A DNA stretch of 64,000 nucleotides from Gammaproteobacteria bacterium (GCA_016200485.1 JACQEP010000016.1:139067-203066), one strand, 5' to 3'; numbered from the stretch's first letter, positions 45,251-56,238 are shown. Notes: generated from the sequence alone by a model not told the origin. Made by a program: numbers and translations.

Positions 45251-47665
45251 ATGAAACTGTTTAACAATTTTCTGCGTCGCATCCTCTTCGGGATCCTGGC
45301 CTTAGGCCTCCTCGGCCTGGTCGGACTGGGTGCCTCATTCGCCATTCTGATCCCGCAGCTGCCATCGGTGGAAATGCTGCGCGACATCCAATTCCAGGTC
45401 CCGCTTCAGGTTTTTGCCGAGGACGGCCAGCTGATCGCTGAATATGGCACCAAAAAACGCATCCCGCTCAGCTACGATCAAGTCCCGGAGCCGATGATCA
45501 AGGCCGTACTCGCTGCCGAAGATGATCGCTTTTTTCATCATCCTGGGGTTGACTACCAAGGCCTGGTTCGTGCCGCCGTGGTATTGGCCACCACCGGTGA
45601 AAAGGCTCAGGGCGGCAGCACCATTACCATGCAGGTTGCGCGTAACTTCTTTCTCAGCAACGAAAAGACCTATTTGCGCAAACTCAACGAAATCCTGCTG
45701 TCCTTCAAGATCGAACATGAGCTGACCAAGGAACAAATCCTGGAGCTTTATCTGAACAAGATCTATCTCGGCAATCGTGCCTATGGTGTAGGCGCGGCTG
45801 CGCAAATTTATTATGGCAAGCCATTGGCCGAACTAAGCATCGATCAATTTGCCATGATCGCAGGCCTGCCCAAGGCCCCTTCGCGCTACAACCCCATCGC
45901 CGACCCACAGCGCGCCCTGTTAAGACGCGACTACGTCCTCAAACGGATGCGGCAACTGCGATTTATTTCCGACAAGGAATACGAAACGGCAAAGGCGCAA
46001 CCCTCGGGGGCTACCTTGCACGCCTCCGCCATCGGCGCCGATGCACCCTACATCGGCGAAATGGTCCGTGCCGATCTTTACGCTCAATACGGTGAAGATG
46101 CCTATACCAAAGGCCTCAACGTTTACACCACCCTCAACTCATCGCTGCAATCCGCATCCGATACCGCACTGCGCAAGGGATTACTCGATTTCGAACGTCG
46201 CCACGGCTACCGTGGCCCGGTGCGCAAAGTACAAATTGACTCCCGCGCCGATGCCGCCCAGCTGCCCGATCTGCTCGCCTCGGATCCGGACATCGGTGGA
46301 CTCAAGCCCGCATTGATTTTGTCGACTCAAGCCAGCACCGCCACTGCGCTGCTGGCCGATGGCAGCAAGATCAAACTCGAAGCAGATGGCTTATCCTGGG
46401 CCCTTCGTTCTGGCAAAACCAATCCCGTCGCCAGCGGCGATGTGGTCTATGTTGAAAACGTTACCCCCGGCAAGTGGTCTTTGGCACAAATCCCCGCAGT
46501 TTCGGGCGCGACCGTGTCTATCGATCCCGATAACGGCGCAATTCGCGCCTTAAGCGGCGGCTTCGATTTTTACCAGAGCAAATTCAATCGCGTGATCCAG
46601 GCCAAACGCCAGCCGGGCTCCAGCTTCAAGCCGTTTATCTATTCAGCGGCGCTGGAACATGGCTTCACTGCGGCCTCGATTATCAATGACGCGCCTGTCG
46701 TTTTCGACGACCCCAGCCTCGAATCCGCATGGCGGCCGGAAAACTTCAGCGGTAAATTCTATGGCCCGACCCGCATGCGCGAAGCCCTCACTCACTCGCG
46801 TAACCTGGTATCCATCCGTTTATTACAAGCCGTGGGCCCTGATGTCGCCCTCGACCACGCCACCCGCTTCGGGTTCGACCGCAGCCATCTGCCGCGCAAC
46901 TTGTCGTTAGCCCTGGGCAGCGGTGAAGTCACCCCGCTCGAATTGGCGCGTGGCTATACCGTGTTCGCTAATGGCGGATTTCTGGTGCAGCCTTATTACA
47001 TCTCACGCATCGAAGACATGAATGGCAAACTCCTGTTCCAGGCCAAACCCGTCGTCGCTTGTCGTGAATGCGAACCCGTGATCACCCCCAGCGCTGACGG
47101 CACAACGCCCACCGAGACGGCGCCCGCACCCACCACCACTGCCAGCGGCCAACCGCTGGCGAAGCGTACCGTCTCCCCGCAAAATATCTACATCATGACC
47201 AGCATGATGCGTGACGTCATCCGCGCAGGCACCGCCACCCGCGCGATGCAGCTTGGCCGCAACGACCTCGCCGGTAAAACAGGCACCACCAATGATCAGC
47301 GTGACGCCTGGTTCGCTGGCTTTAATAAAGACTTGGTTACCGTCAGCTGGGTTGGTTTCGATGATTCGCACCCGCTGGGCAACGATGAAACCGGTGGCCG
47401 TTCGGCCCTGCCGATCTGGATGGACGTCATGCGCGTCGCTTTAGAGGGCAAACCGCAAATCGATCCCCCGCAACCGCCGGGTATCATTAGCGTTCGCATC
47501 GATCCGGAGACAGGCATGTTAGCGCGCGGCAATCAGGCCAATGCCATTTTTGAAATTTTCAAGGTTGAAGATGCACCGCAACGACAAAGCGACCTGCCTG
47601 ACGATTCCGTCTCCTCAGGCAGCCGCGGGCGCGATGGCGGCACGGCATCGCAGCCGCTGTTCTGA
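45251..47665 (+). CDS. mrcA: Penicillin-binding protein 1A
   Basis: EDDRFFHH, GGSTITMQ, SSFK, SRN, KTG motifs; divergent from pilM. Confidence 0.97.
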   Translation: MKLFNNFLRRILFGILALGLLGLVGLGASFAILIPQLPSVEMLRDIQFQVPLQVFAEDGQLIAEYGTKKRIPLSYDQVPEPMIKAVLAAEDDRFFHHPGVDYQGLVRAAVVLATTGEKAQGGSTITMQVARNFFLSNEKTYLRKLNEILLSFKIEHELTKEQILELYLNKIYLGNRAYGVGAAAQIYYGKPLAELSIDQFAMIAGLPKAPSRYNPIADPQRALLRRDYVLKRMRQLRFISDKEYETAKAQPSGATLHASAIGADAPYIGEMVRADLYAQYGEDAYTKGLNVYTTLNSSLQSASDTALRKGLLDFERRHGYRGPVRKVQIDSRADAAQLPDLLASDPDIGGLKPALILSTQASTATALLADGSKIKLEADGLSWALRSGKTNPVASGDVVYVENVTPGKWSLAQIPAVSGATVSIDPDNGAIRALSGGFDFYQSKFNRVIQAKRQPGSSFKPFIYSAALEHGFTAASIINDAPVVFDDPSLESAWRPENFSGKFYGPTRMREALTHSRNLVSIRLLQAVGPDVALDHATRFGFDRSHLPRNLSLALGSGEVTPLELARGYTVFANGGFLVQPYYISRIEDMNGKLLFQAKPVVACRECEPVITPSADGTTPTETAPAPTTTASGQPLAKRTVSPQNIYIMTSMMRDVIRAGTATRAMQLGRNDLAGKTGTTNDQRDAWFAGFNKDLVTVSWVGFDDSHPLGNDETGGRSALPIWMDVMRVALEGKPQIDPPQPPGIISVRIDPETGMLARGNQANAIFEIFKVEDAPQRQSDLPDDSVSSGSRGRDGGTASQPLF

Positions 47666-47683
47666 AAAAACGAGCGAAACCCT

Positions 47684-47762
47684 AACGCGAAGGCGCAAAG
47701 ATAACGCTCAATGAGTGCGTTCGTATTTTTAGCTTTTCTCCGCACCTTTGCGCCTTCGCGTT
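47684..47762. repeat. Miniature inverted-repeat element 2
   Basis: Perfect 17-bp arms AACGCGAAGGCGCAAAG / CTTTGCGCCTTCGCGTT. Confidence 0.8.
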
Positions 47763-47769
47763 GGATTTT

Positions 47770-49092
47770 CTAACTTCGCTTGTTAATATCCACATAATCC
47801 CGCTCGGCCGCACCAACATACAACTGTCGTGGCCGTGCGATCCGCTGGTTGGGATCGGAGATCATTTCCATCCACTGTGCCACCCAGCCTACGGTGCGCG
47901 CAATCGCAAACATCACCGTAAACATATTCACCGGGATACCCAACGCCTTATAAATGATGCCGGAGTAAAAATCGACATTCGGATACAAGGAACGCTCGCG
48001 GAAATAATCGTCCTTGAGCGCAACCTCTTCCAGCCGCATCGCCAGCTCGAATAACGGGTCATTGGCATCGCCCAATTTCTCCAGCACCTCATGGCACATC
48101 TGGCGAATGATCTTGGCGCGCGGATCATAGTTCTTGTAGACGCGATGGCCAAAGCCCATCAATCGAAAACTGTCATTCTTGTCTTTGGCGCGATCAAGAA
48201 ATTTCTGAATGTGTTTCACATCGCCGATTTCTTCCAGCATCCCCAACACTGCCTCATTGGCACCGCCATGGGCGGGCCCCCACAATGCAGCGATACCGGA
48301 TGCCACGCAGGCAAATGGATTGGCCGCCGAACTACCGGCCAGACGAATCGTGGAAGTACTGGCATTTTGTTCATGATCCGCATGCAGAATAAAAATCAAA
48401 TCCAGTGCCCGCTCGGCGATGGGATTGACATAATATTCCTCGCACGGCACTGAAAACATCATATGCAGCAAATTGCCGGTGTAGCTCAGGCTGTTGCGCG
48501 GATAGACAAACGGCTCACCGATGGAATGTTTATAACTCGCCGCCGCAATTGTCGGCATCTTGGCCATTAACCGATGCGCGGCGATTTCACGGTGCCTGGC
48601 ATTTCGAATATCGGTGGAATCATGATAGAACGCCGACAGCGAACCGACGACACCGACCATAATCGCCATTGGATGTGCGTTGTATTGAAAACCTTGATAA
48701 AAACTCCTCAGGCTTTCACGAATCATCGTATGATGAATAATTCCGGTACTGAATGTTGTTAACTGCTCACGGCTCGGCAACTCGCCATACACCAGCAAAT
48801 AGGCCACTTCGAGAAAGGTACTCTTTTCCGCCAGCTGCTCGATGGGATAGCCGCGATACAGCAACTCCCCCTTGTCGCCATCGATATACGTGATCGCGCT
48901 GCGGCAACTGGCGGTCGACATGAATCCGGGGTCGTATGTGACATAACCGAGTTCTTTGTAGAAAGACATGATATCCACCGCGCCTGGACCATGTGTGCCG
49001 CGATGCACAGGCAACTCGATCTGCTTACCTGTGGCGTTATCAATAACAGTTACTGTGTCTTTTTTCGATTCGCTATCTTTGGCCTTTGCCAT
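47770..49092 (-). CDS. gltA: Citrate synthase (type II)
   Basis: [33 protein letters not shown]. Confidence 0.98.
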   Translation of the reverse strand: MAKAKDSESKKDTVTVIDNATGKQIELPVHRGTHGPGAVDIMSFYKELGYVTYDPGFMSTASCRSAITYIDGDKGELLYRGYPIEQLAEKSTFLEVAYLLVYGELPSREQLTTFSTGIIHHTMIRESLRSFYQGFQYNAHPMAIMVGVVGSLSAFYHDSTDIRNARHREIAAHRLMAKMPTIAAASYKHSIGEPFVYPRNSLSYTGNLLHMMFSVPCEEYYVNPIAERALDLIFILHADHEQNASTSTIRLAGSSAANPFACVASGIAALWGPAHGGANEAVLGMLEEIGDVKHIQKFLDRAKDKNDSFRLMGFGHRVYKNYDPRAKIIRQMCHEVLEKLGDANDPLFELAMRLEEVALKDDYFRERSLYPNVDFYSGIIYKALGIPVNMFTVMFAIARTVGWVAQWMEMISDPNQRIARPRQLYVGAAERDYVDINKRS

Positions 49093-49269
49093 ACACGCGT
49101 CCTCAACCAGTAAGTTGTTTCTTCACACTCTAGCGGCCAAACGCCATGCCCGCTTTAATCCAACTGCTTGTTTCCATGTCGCTTTACCTGAAAACAAACC
49201 CCGAAATAGTCTTGTTTTTCCTGGCACTGAGTTATACTGCAAAAAATATTAGCCAATCGCCACCTTAAC

Positions 49270-51051
49270 GTGAAGAAGCTTAATAAGAAACATCAAGCCA
49301 GAATTAATACCCTGTTTCAGCAAGCACAGGGTTATTTTAATTCTGGTTACCTTCAACAAGCACGCTCCGGTTGCACGGACATCTTACAGCTCAACCCGCA
49401 ACACGCAGAAGCACTACATCTGCTGGGGCTTATCTGCCATCGTGCCGGCGACACTCAATCCGCCGTCCAGTTCATCGAGCAGGCCGTAGCCGCCAATCCA
49501 AAATCAGAAGCTTATTTGGGCAATCTCGGCACTATGTACAGCATGCTGGGCAATATCCAGGCCGCCGCCCGGGCCTATGAACGGGCACTGGCCATCGCCC
49601 CCCACTCTGCCGCCATTCACATGAATCTGGGCGTCGTCTATACCCGCGAAGGGCGCTATGACGATGCGATTGAAGCCTACCGTAAAGCTATCGCACTCAA
49701 ACCCGGTTTCGCCGAGGCTCATAACAATCTGGGCATGGATCTGGAACGCAAAGCCTTGTTGAATGAAGCGGCAGCACAATTCCAACTCGCGCTCAAACAC
49801 AATCCACAACTGCAGAATGCGCGTCAAAATCTACTCTTCTTGTTGAGTTATTACTGCCTCTCCACCCCCGAGCAAGTGCTTGAAGAACATCGCCAATGGG
49901 ATCGCATCTACGGCGCACATGGCAGGCAACATCAATTCGCACACTCGCGCCACGGCGACCCCCATAAACGGTTACGCATTGGTTACGTGTCGCCGGATTT
50001 TCGCCGCCACCCGGTCAGCACCTTCATCGAACCCTTACTGGCGAAACATCATCGCGATCAGGTTGAAATCTTTTGTTACGCCGAGGTGTTTGAGCCGGAT
50101 GCAGTCACCAAACACCTGCAATCGCTCGCCGATCACTGGCGCTCAACCATCAATACGCCGGATGAACAAGTCGCGCACATGATTCATGACGACCAAATCG
50201 ACATCCTGATCGATCTTGCCGGCCACACTGCATTCAGTCGGCTCCCGATTTTTACCTACAAACCCGCGCCGATCCAGGCGACGTATTTAGGCTATTGCGC
50301 GACCACTGGTTTGCAGGCGATGGACTATTGGATCACAGATAACGTTCTGCATCCTGACAATACTCATGACTGCGCCAGCGAAACCATCTATCGTCTGCCG
50401 CGCTGCTGGGTGGTTTATCAACCGCCCGCCGGCGCACCTGACATACAACCACGCGCCGCCCACGCACCCCTCACCTTCGGCAGTTTTAACAACACACGCA
50501 AACTGGGTGACGCTGTTATTAGCGCCTGGTGCACGATTCTGAATCGTGTTCCGGGTTCACGCCTATTATTGAAGTCCCGTTATCTCGACCAGCCACATGA
50601 ACGACAATTGATTGCCGAAAAATTCCGGCAGCATGGCATCGCGCCAGATCGACTGCAATTGCAAGGTGCCTCACCGTTTCCCGATTACTTAAATGTCTAC
50701 AACGAGATTGATATTGCGTTGGACACTTTCCCCCGCTCCGGCGGCACCACCGCCGCCGACGCGTTGTGGATGGGATTACCGGTAATTACTTTGGCCGGAC
50801 AGCGTTATGTCGAACGGCTGGCGGCGAGCAAGCTCAGCGCCATAAACCGCAGCGAATGGATCGCCAATACCACGGAAGAATATATCGAGATTGCCGTTTC
50901 ACTGGCGAACAATCCGCAACTGCGTGCTGAACTGCGGCAAACACAACGCGCCGCGATGGCGGCCTCGCCGCTGTGCGATGGTGAAGGTTTGGCGACTGCG
51001 ATGGAAGAGGCTTATCGCACGATGTGGCGGGATTATCTTGAACAACCTTAA
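49270..51051 (+). CDS. TPR-repeat O-linked glycosyltransferase (SPINDLY/GT41-like)
   Basis: TPR repeats; LRIGYVSPDFRRHPV, DLAGHT, APIQATYLGY, FGSFNN, DIALDTFP, DALWMGLPV. Confidence 0.92.
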   Translation: MKKLNKKHQARINTLFQQAQGYFNSGYLQQARSGCTDILQLNPQHAEALHLLGLICHRAGDTQSAVQFIEQAVAANPKSEAYLGNLGTMYSMLGNIQAAARAYERALAIAPHSAAIHMNLGVVYTREGRYDDAIEAYRKAIALKPGFAEAHNNLGMDLERKALLNEAAAQFQLALKHNPQLQNARQNLLFLLSYYCLSTPEQVLEEHRQWDRIYGAHGRQHQFAHSRHGDPHKRLRIGYVSPDFRRHPVSTFIEPLLAKHHRDQVEIFCYAEVFEPDAVTKHLQSLADHWRSTINTPDEQVAHMIHDDQIDILIDLAGHTAFSRLPIFTYKPAPIQATYLGYCATTGLQAMDYWITDNVLHPDNTHDCASETIYRLPRCWVVYQPPAGAPDIQPRAAHAPLTFGSFNNTRKLGDAVISAWCTILNRVPGSRLLLKSRYLDQPHERQLIAEKFRQHGIAPDRLQLQGASPFPDYLNVYNEIDIALDTFPRSGGTTAADALWMGLPVITLAGQRYVERLAASKLSAINRSEWIANTTEEYIEIAVSLANNPQLRAELRQTQRAAMAASPLCDGEGLATAMEEAYRTMWRDYLEQP

Positions 51052-51060
51052 AACATACTA

Positions 51061-51186
51061 AACCGCGAAGGCCGCAAAGTATACAAAGGAAAAAGCGTCA
51101 ATTGACTGAAGGATGCTACGTAAGTTGTCGTGTAAATGTTTTCTCTTTACTGGCTTTCTTTGCGCTCCTTTGCGCCCTTCGCGGTT
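51061..51186. repeat. Miniature inverted-repeat element 3
   Basis: AACCGCGAAGGCCGCAAAGTATACAAAG ... CTTTGCGCTCCTTTGCGCCCTTCGCGGTT. Confidence 0.8.
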
Positions 51187-51202
51187 AAAGTTTTTATATT
51201 TT

Positions 51203-52117
51203 CTAACTCAAACTCTCACGCACCTGCGCTGCCGAACGCACCAAGGCGTTTTGTTCCTCTGTCGTTAACGGCAACTCAATCACCCGTTCCACCCCACCCG
51301 CACCCAACACCACCGGCACCCCCATCGCCAGATCGCGACAACCATATTCACCCTCAAGCACGGCAACACAAGGCAGAATACGGCGCCGGTCATGGGCAAT
51401 GGCATCGACCATTTCGGCAATCGCCGCAGCGGGGGCATCATAGGCGCTGGCATTTTGTTTGAGCGCGAGGATTTCGGCGCCGCCCTTGCGTGTGCGCTCG
51501 CAAACGCGCTCCACCGTTGCGGCATCAAGAAAGTGAGTGATGGGAATACCGCTGATCGTACTGTAACGCGGCAACGGTACCATGCCATCGCCGTGACCGC
51601 CGATCACCAGCGCGCGCACGTCTTCGATCGAAAGCTTTGCTTCGGCGGCGATGAAACTCGCCATGCGGGCACTGTCCAGCACACCGGACAAACCCAACAC
51701 CCGCTGCCGCGGCCAGCCCGTGCGCTGCCAGGCAAAGTAGGTCAATGCATCCACCGGATTGGTCACCAGCAGCAGCATGGCCTCCGGTGCATGGTGCAAC
51801 ACGTTGTCCATGATCGAGCCGATGACGGTCTTGTTGACCTGCATCAACTCAGCACGCGACATGCCCGGTTTACGCGGCAAACCGGCAGTAACAATCACCA
51901 GATCGGAACCCGCCATCAGCGCCGGATCGGCACCACCAGTTACACGCGTATCAAATTCGAATTGCGGCGCGCTCTCCTGGATATCGAGTGCGATGCCTTG
52001 CGCCACCTGCGCGTCCGTGCCCAACAATACCAGCTCGCGACACAGCTCTTCTTTGGCAAGATTCTGCGCCGTGGACTCACCGACGCGACCGGGACCCACC
52101 ACTGTGATTTTGCGCAT
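51203..52117 (-). CDS. mdh: Malate dehydrogenase (LDH-like tetrameric type)
   Basis: TAGLPRKPGMSR substrate loop, VTNPVD, LDSAR, GGHGD. Confidence 0.92.
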   Translation of the reverse strand: MRKITVVGPGRVGESTAQNLAKEELCRELVLLGTDAQVAQGIALDIQESAPQFEFDTRVTGGADPALMAGSDLVIVTAGLPRKPGMSRAELMQVNKTVIGSIMDNVLHHAPEAMLLLVTNPVDALTYFAWQRTGWPRQRVLGLSGVLDSARMASFIAAEAKLSIEDVRALVIGGHGDGMVPLPRYSTISGIPITHFLDAATVERVCERTRKGGAEILALKQNASAYDAPAAAIAEMVDAIAHDRRRILPCVAVLEGEYGCRDLAMGVPVVLGAGGVERVIELPLTTEEQNALVRSAAQVRESLS

Positions 52118-52156
52118 AGCACACCTCCTTGTATGGCTTTTTAGTAAACCCTCCGA

Positions 52157-52281
52157 ACCACAGAGGCGCAGAGTACACAGAGAATAAACATTCTGTATAG
52201 CGCTGATGTGCGCAGGCAGCGGGTGAGCGCAGCGCTAAAATGACATTATGACTTCCTCTGTGCTCTCTGCGCCTCTGTGGT
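52157..52281. repeat. Miniature inverted-repeat element 4
   Basis: ACCACAGAGGCGCAGAGTACACAGAG ... CTCTGTGCTCTCTGCGCCTCTGTGGT. Confidence 0.8.
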
Positions 52282-52296
52282 AAGGTTTTTAGGATT

Positions 52297-53547
52297 TCAG
52301 ATTTTTGTCTTATAGTGCGCCGGATACGGCAGACTCGCCACCCCCGTCTCCACCGCTGCACGCGCCACTGCCGCCGGTACGTGATCGATCAGGCGCGCGT
52401 CAAAGGGCTTGGGAATGATGTAATCGGGCCCGAACGCCAGATGATCGAGCTTGTAAGCGGCCAGCACTTCGCGCGGCACGGGTTCTTTGGCCAACGCGCT
52501 CAACGCATGCACGGCACCGATTTGCATCTCGATGTTGATGCGCGTGGCGCGCACGTCCAGCGCACCGCGGAAAATATAAGGAAAACCCAGCACGTTATTC
52601 ACCTGATTGGGATAATCGCTGCGGCCCGTGGCCATGATCATATCCTTACGCACCTGGCACGCCAGCTCCGGACTAATCTCGGGATCGGGATTGGAGAGCG
52701 CGAACACCACCGGCTTCGGCGCCATCACCTGCAACATCTCCGGCGCCACCAGATTCGGGCCTGAAACGCCGACAAATACATCCGCGTCCTGCATCGCATC
52801 CGCCAGCGTGCGCTTGGTCGTATCCAGCGCGAACTGACTCTTCCAGATATTAAGATCGTCGCGGCCGCTGTGTATCACGCCACGCCGGTCGACCAGATAG
52901 ATGTGTTCTTTTTTCGCGCCCAGCGCCACCAATAACCGCATCGAGGCGATGCCCGCGGCACCTGCGCCCAGACAAACGATGCGCGCCGAGGCCAGCGTCT
53001 TGCCCTGCAACTCCAGCGCGTTGAGCAAGCCAGCGGCGACGATAATCGCCGTGCCGTGCTGATCGTCGTGAAAGACGGGAATATCGAGACGCTCGATCAA
53101 TGCATCTTCAATCGTGAAACAATGCGGCGCGGCGATGTCTTCGAGATTAATGCCGCCGAAGGTCGGCGCAATGTTGGCGACGGTTTCGATAAAAGTGGCG
53201 GGATCCTGCGTGCCGACTTCGATATCGAACACATCGATATCAGCAAACTTCTTGAACAGCACGCCCTTGCCTTCCATCACCGGCTTGCCGGCCAGCGCGC
53301 CGACATTGCCCAGACCCAGCACCGCACTGCCATCAGTAATCACCGCCACCAGGTTGCCCTTGCCGGTATAGCGATAGGCGGCCTCCGGATCGGCATCAAT
53401 CTCACGCACCGGCGCAGCGACGCCCGGGGTGTATGCGAGCGAGAGATCGACTTGCGTGGCACAGGGCTTGGTAATCGCCGTCCCGATTTTCCCGGGCTTG
53501 GGATGCTCGTGATACTTGAGGGCGCGTTGCTTGAGGTCATCGCTCAT
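52297..53547 (-). CDS. Malic enzyme (short form, no phosphotransacetylase-like domain)
   Basis: [47 protein letters not shown]. Confidence 0.95.
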   Translation of the reverse strand: MSDDLKQRALKYHEHPKPGKIGTAITKPCATQVDLSLAYTPGVAAPVREIDADPEAAYRYTGKGNLVAVITDGSAVLGLGNVGALAGKPVMEGKGVLFKKFADIDVFDIEVGTQDPATFIETVANIAPTFGGINLEDIAAPHCFTIEDALIERLDIPVFHDDQHGTAIIVAAGLLNALELQGKTLASARIVCLGAGAAGIASMRLLVALGAKKEHIYLVDRRGVIHSGRDDLNIWKSQFALDTTKRTLADAMQDADVFVGVSGPNLVAPEMLQVMAPKPVVFALSNPDPEISPELACQVRKDMIMATGRSDYPNQVNNVLGFPYIFRGALDVRATRINIEMQIGAVHALSALAKEPVPREVLAAYKLDHLAFGPDYIIPKPFDARLIDHVPAAVARAAVETGVASLPYPAHYKTKI

Positions 53548-53655
53548 ATCATTAATCCAGTTATGTAGTTGCAGGGATCGATAACATACATTTTACCCGA
53601 CGATCGTAGTCTTGGCGCTACTACTTGATTTGCAGGCAGATAATGCCTGTCACCT

Positions 53656-53683
53656 GTAGGGGCGATTCATGAATCGCCCCTAC
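53656..53683. repeat. GTAG-type REP palindrome (family A)
   Basis: Perfect palindrome GTAGGGGCGATTCATGAATCGCCCCTAC. Confidence 0.9.
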
Positions 53684-53685
53684 GT

Positions 53686-54885
53686 TTAATGCGATACCGC
53701 CTCCGCCGCCGGAATCCGCCACCACAAGACCAGTGACGTCACCAACAACGCCAGCTGCCCCAACGCCATATGGCTCGGCGCGAGGCTCAACAATGGCACC
53801 GCCAAGCTCGCAATCAGCGCATTGACCATCATTTGCACAAAACCCTGCAACGCCGACGCTGTACCACGATGATGGGGAAAACAGTCCAGCGACAACACCG
53901 TCATCGCCGGCATCGCCAATCCGATGCCACAGGCAAACAACACCAGCGGCGCCACCGAGGTGACGACCATCGGCAACAGCCACAGCGATTGCGCCACATT
54001 CAATACCGTACCCACCGTCATCAACGTCAACGCCAGTTTCACCGTCCGCTCCGGCGGCCAGCGATGAGCCAGCCGCGCGCTCAACCCAGAACCGGAGATC
54101 ATGCCCATCACCATCGGCACGAACATCAGACCAAAATCGCCGCTTTGCAGATGCAAAAAATCAAAGATCAGCGTCGGCGCCCCAGCAATATAAAGAAACA
54201 TACCGCCGAAATAGCCGCTCACAATAAACACCAGTGACAAAAAACGGCGATGCACCAACGCGCGGCCGTAAACACGGGCCACATTCACTGGATGAAAGGA
54301 TTGGCGCAAGGCTGGGGCCAGCGTCTCCGGAATTCGCAACAACACTAGCAAAAACACCAGGCCGCTATAAATCGCTAGGAAATAAAACACACTGTGCCAG
54401 CCAAAGGCATCGTGCAACCAACCGCCAATCACCGGCGCTATCGCTGGCGCCAGCGCAAACAGCATCATCACCTGCGACATCGCCCGCTGCGCATCCTGCG
54501 GATTGTAAACATCGCGGATCATCGCCCGCCCCGCCACCAAGCCACCCCCGGCCGCCACCCCCTGCAACAGGCGATAGAACAAAAAGCTGCCATAGTCCGC
54601 CGCCATGGCGCAGCCGACCGACGCTGCAATATAAAACAACAACGACCCCAGAATCACTCGCCGCCGTCCCAATCGGTCCGCCAACGGCCCCAACACCAGC
54701 GTCGAAATCGCAAACGCCGCCAGATAAAACGCCAGACTCTGCGACAACAACGCCCGGCTCACCCCAAACTCCGCCTCAATCTCGGGGAAGGAAGGCAAAT
54801 AGGTATCGATGGTAAACGGTCCGATCATCGACGTCACCGCGACGATCAGCGTCAGTCCTTTGGGTGGGGGGATTTTATGGGGCAC
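53686..54885 (-). CDS. Bcr/CflA family MFS efflux transporter
   Basis: IDTYLPSFP, GPLADRLGRR, RAMIRD, APAIAPVIGG. Confidence 0.92.
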   Translation of the reverse strand: MPHKIPPPKGLTLIVAVTSMIGPFTIDTYLPSFPEIEAEFGVSRALLSQSLAFYLAAFAISTLVLGPLADRLGRRRVILGSLLFYIAASVGCAMAADYGSFLFYRLLQGVAAGGGLVAGRAMIRDVYNPQDAQRAMSQVMMLFALAPAIAPVIGGWLHDAFGWHSVFYFLAIYSGLVFLLVLLRIPETLAPALRQSFHPVNVARVYGRALVHRRFLSLVFIVSGYFGGMFLYIAGAPTLIFDFLHLQSGDFGLMFVPMVMGMISGSGLSARLAHRWPPERTVKLALTLMTVGTVLNVAQSLWLLPMVVTSVAPLVLFACGIGLAMPAMTVLSLDCFPHHRGTASALQGFVQMMVNALIASLAVPLLSLAPSHMALGQLALLVTSLVLWWRIPAAEAVSH

Positions 54886-54951
54886 TTAGTTTCGCTTATT
54901 AAAAAACGCCCTCCCTCTGAGGGAGAAAGGACTCATTTTTTCAACAAGTGG

Positions 54952-55263
54952 CTAATGATGAGGCGCATGGGCCGCATCGGGTTTCACTTCGATTTTCAAC
55001 CCAAGACCGTGCATCAGCTTAACGAAACTGGAGAGCTTGGGATTGCCTTTGCTTGAGAGCATTTTATACATGCTCTCACGGCCAAGAGAGGTTCGCTCTG
55101 CCAAGCCGCTAATCCCATCTTCTTGCGCCTCCGCAATATTACGCAGCGCCATCAGAACGACGGCGGGATCGTCACTTTCCAGCGCCTCGTTTAGATATTC
55201 ACAGGCAACATCCAGGTCTTTCAACATCTCATTATGTGTTTGCCGAACGTTTCGGGTCGCCAT
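54952..55263 (-). CDS. Addiction module antidote (HTH antitoxin)
   Basis: EYLNEALE...ALRNIAEA...RESMYKMLS..GNP; GAGGTG RBS. Confidence 0.88.
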   Translation of the reverse strand: MATRNVRQTHNEMLKDLDVACEYLNEALESDDPAVVLMALRNIAEAQEDGISGLAERTSLGRESMYKMLSSKGNPKLSSFVKLMHGLGLKIEVKPDAAHAPHH

Positions 55264-55273
55264 CGTTTTCACC

Positions 55274-55603
55274 TCACTTGTTACTTTTGTGCGCTGACCA
55301 ATACGTAAGCGCACGTTTAATATCCTTCTTTTGGCTGGACTTATCGCCACCACACAACAGCAAATAGATATTCACACCATCTTTCGCATAGTAGACGCGA
55401 TAACCGGGGCCGTAATGAATGCGCAATTCGCTCACACCTTCCCCCACTGGCTTGGAGTCGCCAAACAGTCCCAGCTCCATCCGGTCCACTTGCATGATGA
55501 CCTTCGCCTTGGCGCGTGGATCATTCAGCGCTGCCAACCAACCGCCGTAGGGCGAATGGCCCTCATCGTCCAAATATTCGTGGATGATATTTATTATCGG
55601 CAT
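55274..55603 (-). CDS. RelE/ParE-family addiction module killer toxin
   Basis: GLFGDSKPVGEGVSELRIHYGPGYRVYY...LLLCGGDKSSQKKDI. Confidence 0.92.
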   Translation of the reverse strand: MPIINIIHEYLDDEGHSPYGGWLAALNDPRAKAKVIMQVDRMELGLFGDSKPVGEGVSELRIHYGPGYRVYYAKDGVNIYLLLCGGDKSSQKKDIKRALTYWSAHKSNK

Positions 55604-55608
55604 ATCAC

Positions 55609-55638
55609 ATTGTATCCTTTAGGATACATGAAGTGCAA
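55609..55638 (-). promoter_or_regulatory. TA promoter with palindromic operator
   Basis: TTGCAC-N18-TACAAT-N5-ATG; perfect inverted repeat TGTATCCT-TT-AGGATACA at 55611-55628. Confidence 0.65.
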
Positions 55639-55984
55639 ACCCGCGCTTGACTGCAATAATGCTTACAAAGCATATACATGTAACGATTACCCGCCTCGGC
55701 GAAGGGATAGGGATGATATGTAGAGTAATGAAGTTTGTGTGGAATGTCAGTCGCCATATTTTTCAGAGACTTACCCTGCCACGCAATATTAGCGCGGGCT
55801 AATTTGTCAAAAAGAAGAAATGCAAACATAATCGATTTGCAAAACAAAACAGTGGAGATGGTGCGTGAAATACGCCGTCGGGTGTTCGTTATCGTTGCTA
55901 CAAGATAAGGTGCGAGCAGAACCGCCTAGGTTACGAAATTTAAAGGGTTTTGACCCTGAGGTCTGGTGAGCGACCGACCATAAC

Positions 55985-56013
55985 GGCGGAAGACGCTGCG
56001 CTTTCCGCCCTAC
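55985..56013 (-). repeat. GTAG-type REP (family B)
   Basis: GGCGGAAGACGCTGCGCTTTCCGCCCTAC. Confidence 0.8.
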
Positions 56014-56014
56014 G

Positions 56015-56146
56015 CGCTTCGACATCCAGACGCCAAACGAACCCGGCATCTATCCCTTCCAGTGGCGCATGCAGCAAAAACAGATGGGATTATTCGGTGC
56101 AACGAGTCCGTTGTTGAAGATTGAGGTGAAGAGGGGCGGGAAGTAA
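56015..56146 (+). pseudogene. 3' gene fragment resembling an NBR1/Ig-like domain
   Basis: Hand translation RFDIQTPNEPGIYPFQWRMQQKQMGLFGATSPLLKIEVKRGGK*; begins right at the REP end. Confidence 0.5.
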
Positions 56147-56238
56147 CTGTACGGGTGATGATGGAGTAGGGTGCAATAAGGCGGTAGCCGCGTTGCATCG
56201 GAGGGTGGTTCATGCGGCGCAAACGCGTAAGGCGTAAC

